Shown here: one piece after another, positions 38,647 to 49,190 of the stretch
How positions within the stretch are numbered: position 1 is the stretch's first letter
How the letters are laid out: each line of letters begins with the position of its first letter
Virus record (IMG/VR): IMGVR_UViG_3300028624_000003
Location: 1 to 64,000 of that record
Origin: a virus
Taxonomy: Duplodnaviria > Caudoviricetes
DNA length: 64,000 nucleotides
Strand: one strand, 5' to 3'
Made by a program: the position numbers and the translations under genes
The notes under the pieces: generated by a model
The model's input: only the letters and a program-made list of their open reading frames with translations
Databases searched by the model: none
Told to the model about the DNA's origin: nothing

Positions 38647-39687
38647 ATGCCTAAGTCCATTTTAGGACCAAACATACGTGTCGGTACTCACAATGGAGTG
38701 ATGCATGCAGATGAAGTATTCTGTATCGCTACATTGAAATTCATCAATCCCAACATCACCGTGATCAGAACTCGCGATCCTGAAATACTCAAATCACTCG
38801 AGTTTCGTGTGGACGTCGGTGAGAAATACGATCCTGATACTGGTGACTTTGATCACCACCAGGGAGGATTCGATGTACGTCATCCTTCTCCCAATCCGAA
38901 CAAGTTTGAAGTAGGACCGAAGAAAGCAGGTTTCGGTCTGGTTTGGGAACACTACGGAAGACAGGCAATTCGTGCAGTCCTCGCTGAAGTATTTGGTACG
39001 TTCGATGATGATGGTGTAGATCTCGCACACGAAACCATCACCAAGTCAATCGTTGCACCGATTGATGCACATGACAACGGGGAGAACCGTACCTATTACC
39101 TCAACACGGGTGCGTACAGAATCCCCTCAGCATCTTCCTATATTCAATCGCTCAATCCCACTTATGCTGAAACTCTTCACGGTATGACATCAGAAGAGTC
39201 TATGTTTAACGTGGGTGTCAATTATGCTCAGAATTACCTGCGCAGAGAAATCATTCGAGGCTACTCGATTCATCTCGGCAAAGGAAGAATACTCGAACAA
39301 GTAAAAGAACTTCCGGAACACGGTGTTCTTATCCTGGATACGTATATTCCATGGAGTCCAATTTTCTCACGGCATGCGGAAGAAACAAAGCACGTGAAGA
39401 TGGTGGTATTCCCTTCATCTGCAGATGACTCATGGATGTTCCAGAGTCCATATTTCAATTATCGTGTGGACTCTGCGATGTATAGTTCTACGATGCCTGA
39501 CGGTTCTCGTCGTCGACTGAGACATCCCACACCTGAGCATCTTTACGGTAAGAATGGTAAAGAGCTGCAGGAAATAACCGGAGTAGCAGATGCAATCTTC
39601 ATTCTGCACAACGGATTCATAGGTGCAGCACAAAGCAAAGAAGGTGCGGTGGCACTTTGCGAATACATCATCACACACCAGAGCTAG
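38647..39687 (+). CDS. MYG1-family (UPF0160, DHH-like) exonuclease
   Basis: THNGVMHADEV, RTRD, DVGEKYD, FDHHQ, GLVWEHYG, IDAHDNG, GFIG motifs. Confidence 0.9.
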   Translation: MPKSILGPNIRVGTHNGVMHADEVFCIATLKFINPNITVIRTRDPEILKSLEFRVDVGEKYDPDTGDFDHHQGGFDVRHPSPNPNKFEVGPKKAGFGLVWEHYGRQAIRAVLAEVFGTFDDDGVDLAHETITKSIVAPIDAHDNGENRTYYLNTGAYRIPSASSYIQSLNPTYAETLHGMTSEESMFNVGVNYAQNYLRREIIRGYSIHLGKGRILEQVKELPEHGVLILDTYIPWSPIFSRHAEETKHVKMVVFPSSADDSWMFQSPYFNYRVDSAMYSSTMPDGSRRRLRHPTPEHLYGKNGKELQEITGVADAIFILHNGFIGAAQSKEGAVALCEYIITHQS

Positions 39688-39775
39688 CATAACGGTAGTA
39701 TCAGAGGTCAGGTCCCCTGCGGGACCTGACCTCCTCAACCAATGACCTGAAGGATTTCTTTTTCCTTTAGATCGA

Positions 39776-40633
39776 CTAAGCGACCATACGGAAATCGCGA
39801 AGAGCTTCGTTGACTTCCTTGGACAGACCCATGCCGCTGAGAGCAGTGTCGACACCATTGAAGGTGAGGGCACGCGTGAAGTCCGGCTTATGCAGCTGCT
39901 GAGCCTGCATGATGAGCTTGCCAAGTTCGCGGGTGTTCTGGTTGTGCTGAACGAGAGCCTTGTAGGTGATCTGACGTTCAGGCGATTCACCGTTACCGCC
40001 GATTTCCTTCTTGAACCCGATGTTACCGGTTTCAGTAGGCATCATAGCGGTGTATACCGCAGCATCGATGATACGTTCAGGCAGACCAGTGGGGTCAGGC
40101 TGAATGACGATCATGGATGCAGAGAGAGTGGAAATCAACCACTGGGGCATCGTACCGTCATCGAGCATCGCGGACAGCTGAGACACCTGGGTGTCCGGAT
40201 TCTGGATGTTGGAGATCCACCAGTAGTGGAAGTTCCAGCAGAGGTTGCCACTGATTTCAGGCAAAGTCACCTGAGGGCTAACCGCGGTACGCTTCGAGGT
40301 CGTAGGCATGGGGAGCTGCTGACCGTCGTTGCTATTCTGCTGCTCGTGGAAATCGAGCGTATAACCGAAGTCAATGCCGCTCCACGACTTTGCGTGACGT
40401 TCCCAGAGAGCCTTCAGCGTACGCTGAGCGAGGACGTTTCCGTCCATGAACCCAGGGGTAGACAGCAGCACGATGATGCAGTTGTTCATGATGAGGGGAG
40501 TCGCCGCATCCATTTTGAGGATGTGAGGACCAATGCCGTTCTGAGCACCTTCGTCAATGTTGGCGATAGGCCCGAACGGAGTACCACCAAGCGATGCCGC
40601 CTGGTTGAACAAAAGAGCGTTAGGCATGGTCAT
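39776..40633 (-). CDS. tail tube protein (phiKZ gp30-like)
   Basis: 285 aa directly downstream of the sheath; high-expression codon bias. Confidence 0.7.
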   Translation of the reverse strand: MTMPNALLFNQAASLGGTPFGPIANIDEGAQNGIGPHILKMDAATPLIMNNCIIVLLSTPGFMDGNVLAQRTLKALWERHAKSWSGIDFGYTLDFHEQQNSNDGQQLPMPTTSKRTAVSPQVTLPEISGNLCWNFHYWWISNIQNPDTQVSQLSAMLDDGTMPQWLISTLSASMIVIQPDPTGLPERIIDAAVYTAMMPTETGNIGFKKEIGGNGESPERQITYKALVQHNQNTRELGKLIMQAQQLHKPDFTRALTFNGVDTALSGMGLSKEVNEALRDFRMVA

Positions 40634-40647
40634 TGTACATTACCTCG

Positions 40648-42669
40648 CTAGCTACCGTATGCGGAGTCAGGACGAACGATGAGATCGTTGATGCCGCAAC
40701 GGGCCGGATCAGGACCGTAGATCTCCGTACGAATACGGTACGTGTTGACACCATTGAACTCGTCCGCATTCCGGGAGACCGAAACCTTGAACTTGTACTG
40801 GTTGTCAAACGTACGGTAACAGAGGCGCTCTACTTCCTTCTGTATCGTACTGAAGAGATTCTCGAGAGGAGTGCGCACGCCTGCAAACTTCGCCCACACG
40901 TCGTCAGTGATGTACTTCGAGTAAGTGATAGCATCAGTGAACATGGTGGACGACAGCAGACTGGAATCCTGCTTGTAGATCGAACGCAGATCTGCGTAGA
41001 ACAGCTCGATCATTTTCTTGACTTCGAAGTAGTTGAGCGCATTGTCCCACAGAGTCTGCTTCTGATCCGGAGTATTCGGAACAAAGTTAAACTTGCGGTA
41101 AATGGTCACTTCGTGTTTGCCATCACCCAACGGATCGCCCTGTACGTACACAGTATTGTGCAGCATCGACCGCTTGAGTGCCATCCAGAACGTCGCAGGA
41201 ATGACATTCTTGATGGTGGTGTCCGTCAGGTAACCGCTTTGTGCAAAGATGTCTGCACGACATGCCCCGGTACCGTGGAATTCGGATTCGGGAGTCATGG
41301 AAACACGAGTGCGAATGGCGATACCGACAGCTACAGCTTCTTCCATAGTCTGAAGCTTGTTAGCCGAAGTCTGACATGCGAATTCGTATTTCACGTGGTC
41401 GTGGAGGCCTACGAACTTCGCGGCAGTCAACTTCGTATCGATGGAATAACCCACGTCGTAAAGATGGGTTACCGGATACCGTGCAGTGTTCTGCAGTTCG
41501 GGAACAAAATCGAATTCGAGCAGACTGCGATACATCTCCTCAAACTTCTCATCCGTAAGGTCACCATCGCTGCCGCCGGCAAGATAATGCGTGGTGATGT
41601 CAGACATGAGAGAGAAGCCGACGCCAGTAGTATCGAGAACCGCGTGATGGTAGGGATGGCCCTTCAGATCTCGCAGACTCAGTACGTCAACCATCCAACC
41701 ATCGGTAAGTTCCATGTTGTTGACTTCGACAGCCTTGACCTTGTCGCCGATTACCTTGAAGTTCTCCGAGTAGAAGAACAACTCATAAGGCAATGTCGAC
41801 ACCTGCGTGGAACCGATACCAGTCGTCGAATAGTTGTTGGTGATGATGTCATCGGAAGCAATACGACGCATCGTACGGCTATCGACCGAGCCTGGCTTCA
41901 TCACGAAGTTGACCACCGAGTTCTGGAACTTATCGCGCAGGACCCTGGCGATATCGCTATCGAACGGCTTCTCGTATACCGAGAAAGAATACAGTACTGC
42001 ACCGCTGGAAGCCAGCAGGTCTTCGTCCTGTGCGAACTGGTCAAAGAAGAACCGCAGACCTGCACGATCGCCGGCTTTACCAGGCGAATTGTACTTCGCC
42101 GCAACAAGCGGATAGATGATCGTGGTCTCGCTACCTGCAGATACCGTCTTCGGCTCGAGTTCATCGAACTTTTCGTTTTCTGCAAGAGGACGTACGACGT
42201 GACGAATCTTCACGCCGGGTTCCTTTATGGGGTTGTTACTGGAATCGAGCAGCGGAATCGGACGGTTCTGGGCGTCATAGACAAACGCACCATTAGCGTC
42301 ACGCTGATACTGCTGTACATCGACACCTTCCACGACATGTGCTTCGATCACCATCGTAGCAGCCGCCGCTGCAGGATCCGCGAGACGCACGCAGAACGCA
42401 CGCTGATTCGGGAATACTGCAAGTTCAAGGAAGGTCTGTTCGTTCCGATAGTAAGGACCGAACTTATCGAACGTGGCTTCGCCAAAGTACTCGAGTGCTT
42501 CGGCTCCACTTACCCAGACGATCTCACCGACTTTACCCTTCGCCGCGCGAAGAGGGAAGAGCGGGCGGTGTACAGGAAGTACGAATTCCCGTGCATTTTC
42601 GCGGATGGACTCGTCCTTTACCCGCGACATGCTGTGGGGATGCGTATATTCCCTGAAAATGTTTGGCAT
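40648..42669 (-). CDS. tail sheath protein (phiKZ gp29-like)
   Basis: 673 aa; YLAGGSDG, YDVGY, PESEFHGTGACRA motifs; synteny and codon bias. Confidence 0.8.
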   Translation of the reverse strand: MPNIFREYTHPHSMSRVKDESIRENAREFVLPVHRPLFPLRAAKGKVGEIVWVSGAEALEYFGEATFDKFGPYYRNEQTFLELAVFPNQRAFCVRLADPAAAAATMVIEAHVVEGVDVQQYQRDANGAFVYDAQNRPIPLLDSSNNPIKEPGVKIRHVVRPLAENEKFDELEPKTVSAGSETTIIYPLVAAKYNSPGKAGDRAGLRFFFDQFAQDEDLLASSGAVLYSFSVYEKPFDSDIARVLRDKFQNSVVNFVMKPGSVDSRTMRRIASDDIITNNYSTTGIGSTQVSTLPYELFFYSENFKVIGDKVKAVEVNNMELTDGWMVDVLSLRDLKGHPYHHAVLDTTGVGFSLMSDITTHYLAGGSDGDLTDEKFEEMYRSLLEFDFVPELQNTARYPVTHLYDVGYSIDTKLTAAKFVGLHDHVKYEFACQTSANKLQTMEEAVAVGIAIRTRVSMTPESEFHGTGACRADIFAQSGYLTDTTIKNVIPATFWMALKRSMLHNTVYVQGDPLGDGKHEVTIYRKFNFVPNTPDQKQTLWDNALNYFEVKKMIELFYADLRSIYKQDSSLLSSTMFTDAITYSKYITDDVWAKFAGVRTPLENLFSTIQKEVERLCYRTFDNQYKFKVSVSRNADEFNGVNTYRIRTEIYGPDPARCGINDLIVRPDSAYGS

Positions 42670-42779
42670 GGTTAAACTCCTTTCAGGACATGGTTGAGTG
42701 CCTATAAAATTTCCGCTAGTATAATGGATACTCTCTAAATTGTATGCAGAGCAGACAATACTACCAACGGAGAACGAGC

Positions 42780-43820
42780 ATGGCCAAACTCCTTTTGGAT
42801 ACCCAATACGCCCACACTGCAGGGCTTAAAGGGCAGATCTCACAAGTCGTCAAATTCCTTGCAATGAATAGGAATGTAGTCATTCCTCCCGGACAACTCG
42901 CACAGATATTCGCAAACCGGCCGATCATGTCGACCGGCATGAATAAACTGTTCGAGAAAATGGTCGAGACTCGTTACATCGATGAGTTCGCTAACATCCT
43001 TCCTGTCTCACAGAAAGGTGCACCGAAATTGTCACTTCCTGATCTTCTCGGATGGACAAACATCACGATCGATCTCAAAGGTGTACAGGATGCGCAGGTG
43101 CTGCATTCCTATCCTGAGATCAGTAACAAGATTCTCGCAAACATCGCATCCCTCGTTCGTATAGAACCAGGACGTACTCCACAGACAACGGATATCAATG
43201 AACTACATAGCATGTATGTTCGTGGTATGTTCGTCAGAAGTTTTGCAGTGTCTGATGGTTGGCTCACACCCATACTCTGCACCTTCCTGATTCAGTCCTA
43301 TTGTCTTCCCATTGCTTCGGTAATAGGAAGAATGGAAAACCTGAATGTGCAAGAAATCAATGTAGTAGCCACTCTGTTTGCACTGTACATGGCACAGATG
43401 CTCAGTCGACATACTGACGACAAAGCACGTCCTCCTTTGCTCTACAGATGTACATTCCTGGGAACCATGCGCGAACTTGATGATATAGCAAATCGAGTCG
43501 CACACATTTCTGGGAACGGGCTGAACATTGCTACAGTGTGCGAACTTGTGGCTGAATTGGGACCTAGCAGGTTGAACAAGTTCAACGCTCATAAGTTCTA
43601 CACCGTCTGCAAATCTCTTGGTCCCAATACAGATGAAATGTCTACTCGTCTCGCTTTCGAGTATCCTCCATACTGGCTCAGTCTGGTACTTCGCGCAGCT
43701 GATGGTTATCGTAGCGGCGCGATCACTGGTTTCTTGAAACAGCATGGTTTGCTCGGTCGACCCAGTGGCGAGTTTGTCAACGGCCTCCTGACTTGTCGCC
43801 AGATGTTCGAGGCGAGATAG
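42780..43820 (+). CDS. virion structural protein (phiKZ gp28-like)
   Basis: Divergent from the sheath; TATG late core upstream; size and synteny. Confidence 0.6.
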   Translation: MAKLLLDTQYAHTAGLKGQISQVVKFLAMNRNVVIPPGQLAQIFANRPIMSTGMNKLFEKMVETRYIDEFANILPVSQKGAPKLSLPDLLGWTNITIDLKGVQDAQVLHSYPEISNKILANIASLVRIEPGRTPQTTDINELHSMYVRGMFVRSFAVSDGWLTPILCTFLIQSYCLPIASVIGRMENLNVQEINVVATLFALYMAQMLSRHTDDKARPPLLYRCTFLGTMRELDDIANRVAHISGNGLNIATVCELVAELGPSRLNKFNAHKFYTVCKSLGPNTDEMSTRLAFEYPPYWLSLVLRAADGYRSGAITGFLKQHGLLGRPSGEFVNGLLTCRQMFEAR

Positions 43821-43923
43821 ACATTAGAGTAGAGGATTCCCTAGGGAATCCTCTACTCACAATACATGGCTGCCTGAGACTTATTCTATGCCCTTAGGCA
43901 CTAGAACTAAATGGAGATTCACC

Positions 43924-46575
43924 ATGACAGATATGGAGTCTACTCTTCTTAACTCACTTAACCGATTCTGTTTTGATCAAATCTGGAACGAACCGGAAAG
44001 TGAACTGCGTGCAAATATTGTTCCGCAGTTGGTACAGGATCGGTCGTGTAGTGGCTCCATCTATATTGGTGGAACTTACATCGATCTTCCTACCACGAAT
44101 GAACCGTATTTTCTCTACTACATCCCCGATCAGTTGATGTTCGCATTTTCTGCTCGTTCTGTACCTGACCAGTGGCACTCTGCAACTCAGCTCTGCAACG
44201 ATTTCGATATACTGATTCGTACGTACCACCTCAGTGGTAAAATGATGTCGTTCGGTAAGACCTACATCAGAAAGTACGGTACCCAGTATCTGTTAGCAGT
44301 AGCAAAGTCCTCTGCGATTCGTTTGATTCCTCACACCGAAATGAAGAACATTCGGATCACGATGTACTTTGACAGTGATACAGTGAATGCACTCACCATC
44401 AGAAGCTTTGTAGTTCCTACGATTGATGACAACTTGATCGTACGTAGACAAATACACGAGTTCATTCAGCAGTGCCCGCACAACATCGATCATACAACTG
44501 TGTACGTGAACGGATACGAAATTCCTTACACGGGTGTAGACTCGATACCGGTAAATTCTTTTGTGGATGTACTCCATGATGAAAACGAACTACTCTCGTT
44601 TACTGTGGACCTAACTGACCCTAAGAACAATCCCACTTTTTTGAGTGAACGAGACAAATTGCAGAAACTCATAGTGCACACACCTAAATCGCTTAATCCG
44701 ACGAATAAGGTGTTGACGCACAATACTGCAGAGATACATGTCAGAACTATGAATTCTGACGGTACAGTAGGTCGTGGTCTGTATCTTCACAGATGTGCAG
44801 AACATAGCGTAGATCAGCTCACGCATAACGACATCTCCATCCCTACGTATATTCTCGATGCATTTCGTGATTACTTGGGGACACAAGAGATCGCTCTAAA
44901 GATATCGTTCAAACAACACGACAAAGACAATGTACTAATCCGGGATAAGAATTACATCGACCTGCTGTACACGTGTGATGATGCCACAATCATCCAGCAT
45001 CTACTCGGACGTGTAAGTCAGAATCTGGATTTCTGGAAAGCATCGCATCTCGAAAGTAGCGAATACGTTCGAATGATGTTCGACATTCCTAATGTCATCA
45101 CTCCTGAGAACATGTGGGGATACGTCGAGGGTCTCGGTTATTATCACACGATGGCACTTCTGTGCAAGAAGATCATTCATACTGACATCAGTGCATGGTT
45201 CAGTGGAGGAATACATATTCCGAAACCACTACTATTCACTGATACACCCACGTATCCCGTATGTTACCGTAACGGACAAAAGATCAGAAACGATCATGTA
45301 CGTTATCTGGATAACATCCACACCAATGTAGAACTAGCATTTGACGAACACGTCAACTTCACTCCGGGTGATAAACTCACAGTGGAGTTGTTTGTCGATG
45401 GACCCAGTACATGTTTTACTATCGTTCCTTCCGAAGATTCTGCGGCAGTGATACTTCCGTACCATGACTTCGTAGTGATCGAAGAGTTTGATATGGCGTC
45501 CAGTCCTGTACAAGGACTCGATCATGTCGGAACCAAAGTGTATAAAGAGGTCACGAAATTCATAGGGGATATCGTACAGTATCCGACTGACACAGGCATG
45601 CGTCTTGTGTTTGGTCCAAGAATGTACGGAAGGAAGTTCATCATCCAGAATCGTTATTGTGTATACCGGGATGGGAAATATCTCGATCAAGATATCGTCG
45701 CAGGCAACCCGTTGATGGTTCACCTCAATGTGGGAATACGTGATGGCGGATACACTGTACCTATCTGGAATGCAAAGCATACAAAAGTGTACTTGAACGG
45801 AAAGTATTTGGTCGAAGGAGTGGACTACACGATATTCCGACCAAAAGATGCACTAGACCGCATCAGTGCGCAGCAACTCATTCTGAACAACGTAGAGTAT
45901 CTCGTATCCGAGAACAACTACCTCGAATGGATCGTTACCAGCGCACAAGAAGAGAACACCGTCAACGGGTGGGTAGTTAACAACATCGCAGCATCTGAAT
46001 CAGAGCTAGCTCTACTCTTCCCTGAAATGACCATGCTTCATGTCGATGGTCTCTATGAGTCTGCACCTATCGATAGAGGGAACAAAATAGAGCTTCCTGC
46101 TGGTAAATACAGAGAAGGAGCACCTTTCGAAGTGTGCACTACTGTACCTGACTGCATCGATGCGTTTCTTTCTAAGTATCATCCCAATGATGATCTGGAA
46201 AGGTTGACGATATTGAACGAATACTTCTACGGAAAGCAACCGCAGTATCCTGACATTGTCGTTATGCCGCATTCTCACAGATGCTTCAGCCCATATGTGG
46301 TGACCATCATCAGAGATATTCTCAATGGGACACTGCGAGGCATAAGTCTTGATCCTGACGTAGAAAGAATGAAGACACAATTTGCGGCGTATCAGTATCT
46401 GTACGACTGCGACTTGGTGATGCAGTTGAAGTACAATTTGGACTTCGTGGACGTCTTCCCACACTACCGGCAAGTGGTCGTTCCAGACCCTAACACATAT
46501 CGGATTCTGCAAGCATTTATCAATTCGGTGATGCCTGAAGACTCTGTGACCTCAGGAGAGGTGTTCTATGGCTAA
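43924..46575 (+). CDS. virion structural/baseplate protein (phiKZ gp27-like)
   Basis: ~883 aa; IWNEP, HNDISIP and YLNGKYLVEGVDY motifs; synteny. Confidence 0.65.
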   Translation: MTDMESTLLNSLNRFCFDQIWNEPESELRANIVPQLVQDRSCSGSIYIGGTYIDLPTTNEPYFLYYIPDQLMFAFSARSVPDQWHSATQLCNDFDILIRTYHLSGKMMSFGKTYIRKYGTQYLLAVAKSSAIRLIPHTEMKNIRITMYFDSDTVNALTIRSFVVPTIDDNLIVRRQIHEFIQQCPHNIDHTTVYVNGYEIPYTGVDSIPVNSFVDVLHDENELLSFTVDLTDPKNNPTFLSERDKLQKLIVHTPKSLNPTNKVLTHNTAEIHVRTMNSDGTVGRGLYLHRCAEHSVDQLTHNDISIPTYILDAFRDYLGTQEIALKISFKQHDKDNVLIRDKNYIDLLYTCDDATIIQHLLGRVSQNLDFWKASHLESSEYVRMMFDIPNVITPENMWGYVEGLGYYHTMALLCKKIIHTDISAWFSGGIHIPKPLLFTDTPTYPVCYRNGQKIRNDHVRYLDNIHTNVELAFDEHVNFTPGDKLTVELFVDGPSTCFTIVPSEDSAAVILPYHDFVVIEEFDMASSPVQGLDHVGTKVYKEVTKFIGDIVQYPTDTGMRLVFGPRMYGRKFIIQNRYCVYRDGKYLDQDIVAGNPLMVHLNVGIRDGGYTVPIWNAKHTKVYLNGKYLVEGVDYTIFRPKDALDRISAQQLILNNVEYLVSENNYLEWIVTSAQEENTVNGWVVNNIAASESELALLFPEMTMLHVDGLYESAPIDRGNKIELPAGKYREGAPFEVCTTVPDCIDAFLSKYHPNDDLERLTILNEYFYGKQPQYPDIVVMPHSHRCFSPYVVTIIRDILNGTLRGISLDPDVERMKTQFAAYQYLYDCDLVMQLKYNLDFVDVFPHYRQVVVPDPNTYRILQAFINSVMPEDSVTSGEVFYG

Positions 46576-48253
46576 CACGCCACTCTATCTTCTTAAAGAC
46601 AGACGACCTGACTCATGCTTCTTGGACCAGATATACGATCCAGATCGTGATGGTCCTCCTAGCGACGGAATGGCTCATGTCATTCCCAGAGAAGGTGCAG
46701 CTGTCTTCGATCGTGACAACAACTACGCAATCTACACTGTGATTGCTGTGGATCCGATCACGTACAAGTCGACGATCGCACCTGCGAAGATCGTTAAGAC
46801 GTCAGAAGGCGAAGAAATACGTGTCATCTCCTACGGTAACGACAAGTTCATGCTGTACTACGATGATCGTGTGAAGCCCACAGAACTGAACATCAGTGGC
46901 AACCTGATGCTGTTTGGTTCTTCGCTTGCTGACTACCGACTGCACCGAATTGGAGCGGACGGTAAGAAGGAATTCATCTCTTTGTATGTCGATACCAATG
47001 AAACATATAAGGGTGATCGCATTCCTCTCGCTGCACTCACTCCCGGAAGCCCGATAAAGAAGTGCACGAACTGTCACACTCTCAGCACATTGCGAGATGG
47101 TGAAACAGTCACACTTGAAATTCACGATCATGCAGGACTTCTTGCAGTAGAACTGCAACTGTTTGTAAAGAGAGGCATTCCCTGGAACGATCTTCTCTCG
47201 AACACCAGCGTAGTGGTGGGGTTCGATGCCACTGCCAACCAGATGCGCGGAAGTGATTTCTACATCCACCAGCGGCAGCCTGTGAACCAGTTGGTCATCA
47301 GCCCTCGATTGACCTATTCTGACGGAAGTACTGAAGATCTGGTCGTTGACAATGTCTCGTGTTTCCTCTATGGACTTGAAACATTTGTCCCTTCTTTCCC
47401 GGGACAACGCCAGAAGATTCTTCTGAAGAAATACCTCGGAAGAAATCAAGTATCTCCCAATCAGGAAGTTGTAGGGAAGATGCGGTTTCTCACTTTGTAC
47501 AAGTGGGTCACTGTCATCACCAACAAAAGTATGGATGGTATCAAAGTATCTGTCATGCCGCAGTGGAATCCTGCGACAAGAAAGTACGATCTGAGATTTA
47601 TTGCATACTCCGATCGTCGGGACAAGATCTACGATGTTACGCCATATGCCGAACTCATCACCAGCTTCGATGGTGGAATTTTCAACATGCCGCAAAACGT
47701 GCTGTTTGAAATCGATCTTTCGAAGATCTTCGGTGCTGAAGCTTCTGTTCTCTATCGTCAAAATGTTGTACTGAACTTGAAACACTATAACGAGTTTCAG
47801 CGGTACACCATCTCTGACGGAGTAGATTCTCCGTATACGTACGGGGTCGAATCGAGCGATATGCGGAGACCTGTGGTACATTACGATGGAACACTTCATC
47901 AGTACTACATTCCCACCTCACGGTTCCTGAACAAGGAAGCATTCATTGAAGCTTACTACACCGCCGCGATGCCTCCGTACGATCCCGATCTTGAACTTGG
48001 TCCGGTACCCCCGACCCATTTCACGATTCGTGATCCCGGAACGTTAGCGACGATCATCACGGATCCGATCCCTGTTGATCAGTACACACAAGCCTGGAAC
48101 ACTCTTTCCACAGGAGATCCTGGTCAGTATGTAGGTGGACAGGTCATCGTAGAGTTTCTCCGTGAAATGAGCGGACAATACCAGATGCTCTACGGAGTTC
48201 CGGTGGATGTTCATCTGAGTCCTTCTGGCTATAACACTGAAAATAACCCATAA
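46568..48253 (+). CDS. virion structural protein (phiKZ gp26-like)
   Basis: 561 aa, overlapping the previous gene; synteny. Confidence 0.65.
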   Translation: MANTPLYLLKDRRPDSCFLDQIYDPDRDGPPSDGMAHVIPREGAAVFDRDNNYAIYTVIAVDPITYKSTIAPAKIVKTSEGEEIRVISYGNDKFMLYYDDRVKPTELNISGNLMLFGSSLADYRLHRIGADGKKEFISLYVDTNETYKGDRIPLAALTPGSPIKKCTNCHTLSTLRDGETVTLEIHDHAGLLAVELQLFVKRGIPWNDLLSNTSVVVGFDATANQMRGSDFYIHQRQPVNQLVISPRLTYSDGSTEDLVVDNVSCFLYGLETFVPSFPGQRQKILLKKYLGRNQVSPNQEVVGKMRFLTLYKWVTVITNKSMDGIKVSVMPQWNPATRKYDLRFIAYSDRRDKIYDVTPYAELITSFDGGIFNMPQNVLFEIDLSKIFGAEASVLYRQNVVLNLKHYNEFQRYTISDGVDSPYTYGVESSDMRRPVVHYDGTLHQYYIPTSRFLNKEAFIEAYYTAAMPPYDPDLELGPVPPTHFTIRDPGTLATIITDPIPVDQYTQAWNTLSTGDPGQYVGGQVIVEFLREMSGQYQMLYGVPVDVHLSPSGYNTENNP

Positions 48254-48360
48254 ACAGATAGTCTGCTCACCGGAGTGAGCAGACTATCTGATCATTGTGT
48301 GAATGTCTAACAACGTCCGATATTTATTTTTTTGGAGTTTATAAAAAAATGGAGTAAACC

Positions 48361-49116
48361 ATGAGTCTGTACGTCAAAGGATCTAACAATAAATGGAGTA
48401 GGGTGAACTTGTATATCAAAACAGTCGTAGGCTGGAAAGAAATCAAGAACATCTACACGAAAACAATTTCAGGTTGGCGACCTATTTGGGTCTACAACTG
48501 GTTCACTGGTGACTGGTCTGCATGTTCAGCTAACTGTGGTGGTGGTACTCAGTCCAGAAGCGTGGTGTGTCAGAGAAATGATGGTGTGCGTAAGCCGGAT
48601 TTATTTTGTTCCGATATTGTAAAACCTGCTTCGCAGAAAGTATGTAACTCCCAGCCATGTGGAGAACTTACTACCAGATTTTCAGACTGCACATACTGCT
48701 GTCCACAATGGGGCTCGTGTATTTCAAATACGTTATACATGAATCTAGAAACTCCCATCGAAGTCCCTGGTGTTTATGGTCTGTATTTGGACTACAAATT
48801 GACGTACGAATGTAGGCGGCGATGCGGTGCTGGTGACTTGAGACTGATGGATACGTCAGGGATTCGTATATACCACAGTGTATCTTCAGATAAAACTAAT
48901 TGGGAGTTAGGAAAAATAAATCAGCACTGGGACGTATATGGTAAAGCTAACAATCCCATCTCAGTACAAAGGTATAATGAGTATTTGGGGGAAGTGTCAT
49001 TCACTCAGCCGACGTCTATGTTCGTATACAGAGCATGGACACAGAGAAGAGAGCACGACCATGGATTTGGTATTTGGGATATGGTAGTACGAGCGAGATA
49101 TCTTAGACCACTATAG
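48361..49116 (+). CDS. thrombospondin type-1 repeat (TSP1)-containing protein, probable fibre/adhesin
   Basis: WFTGDWSACSANCGGGTQSRSVVC..C..KP...VCNSQPC is a complete ADAMTS-like TSP1 repeat; the N-terminus has YxK..GWK virion-anchor-like repeats. Confidence 0.85.
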   Translation: MSLYVKGSNNKWSRVNLYIKTVVGWKEIKNIYTKTISGWRPIWVYNWFTGDWSACSANCGGGTQSRSVVCQRNDGVRKPDLFCSDIVKPASQKVCNSQPCGELTTRFSDCTYCCPQWGSCISNTLYMNLETPIEVPGVYGLYLDYKLTYECRRRCGAGDLRLMDTSGIRIYHSVSSDKTNWELGKINQHWDVYGKANNPISVQRYNEYLGEVSFTQPTSMFVYRAWTQRREHDHGFGIWDMVVRARYLRPL

Positions 49117-49190
49117 TGGACAGAGATCTACCTAGTCCATTGGACTAGGTAGATCTTTCTATGCTTATATACCTATTGGAGGCACGAAAT

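Noticed and set aside
39890-42675. Long + strand ORFs (253 and 680 aa) antisense to tail tube and sheath
   Set aside because: They mirror the real genes codon-for-codon; strong codon bias suppresses antisense stops; no RBS or recognisable motifs.
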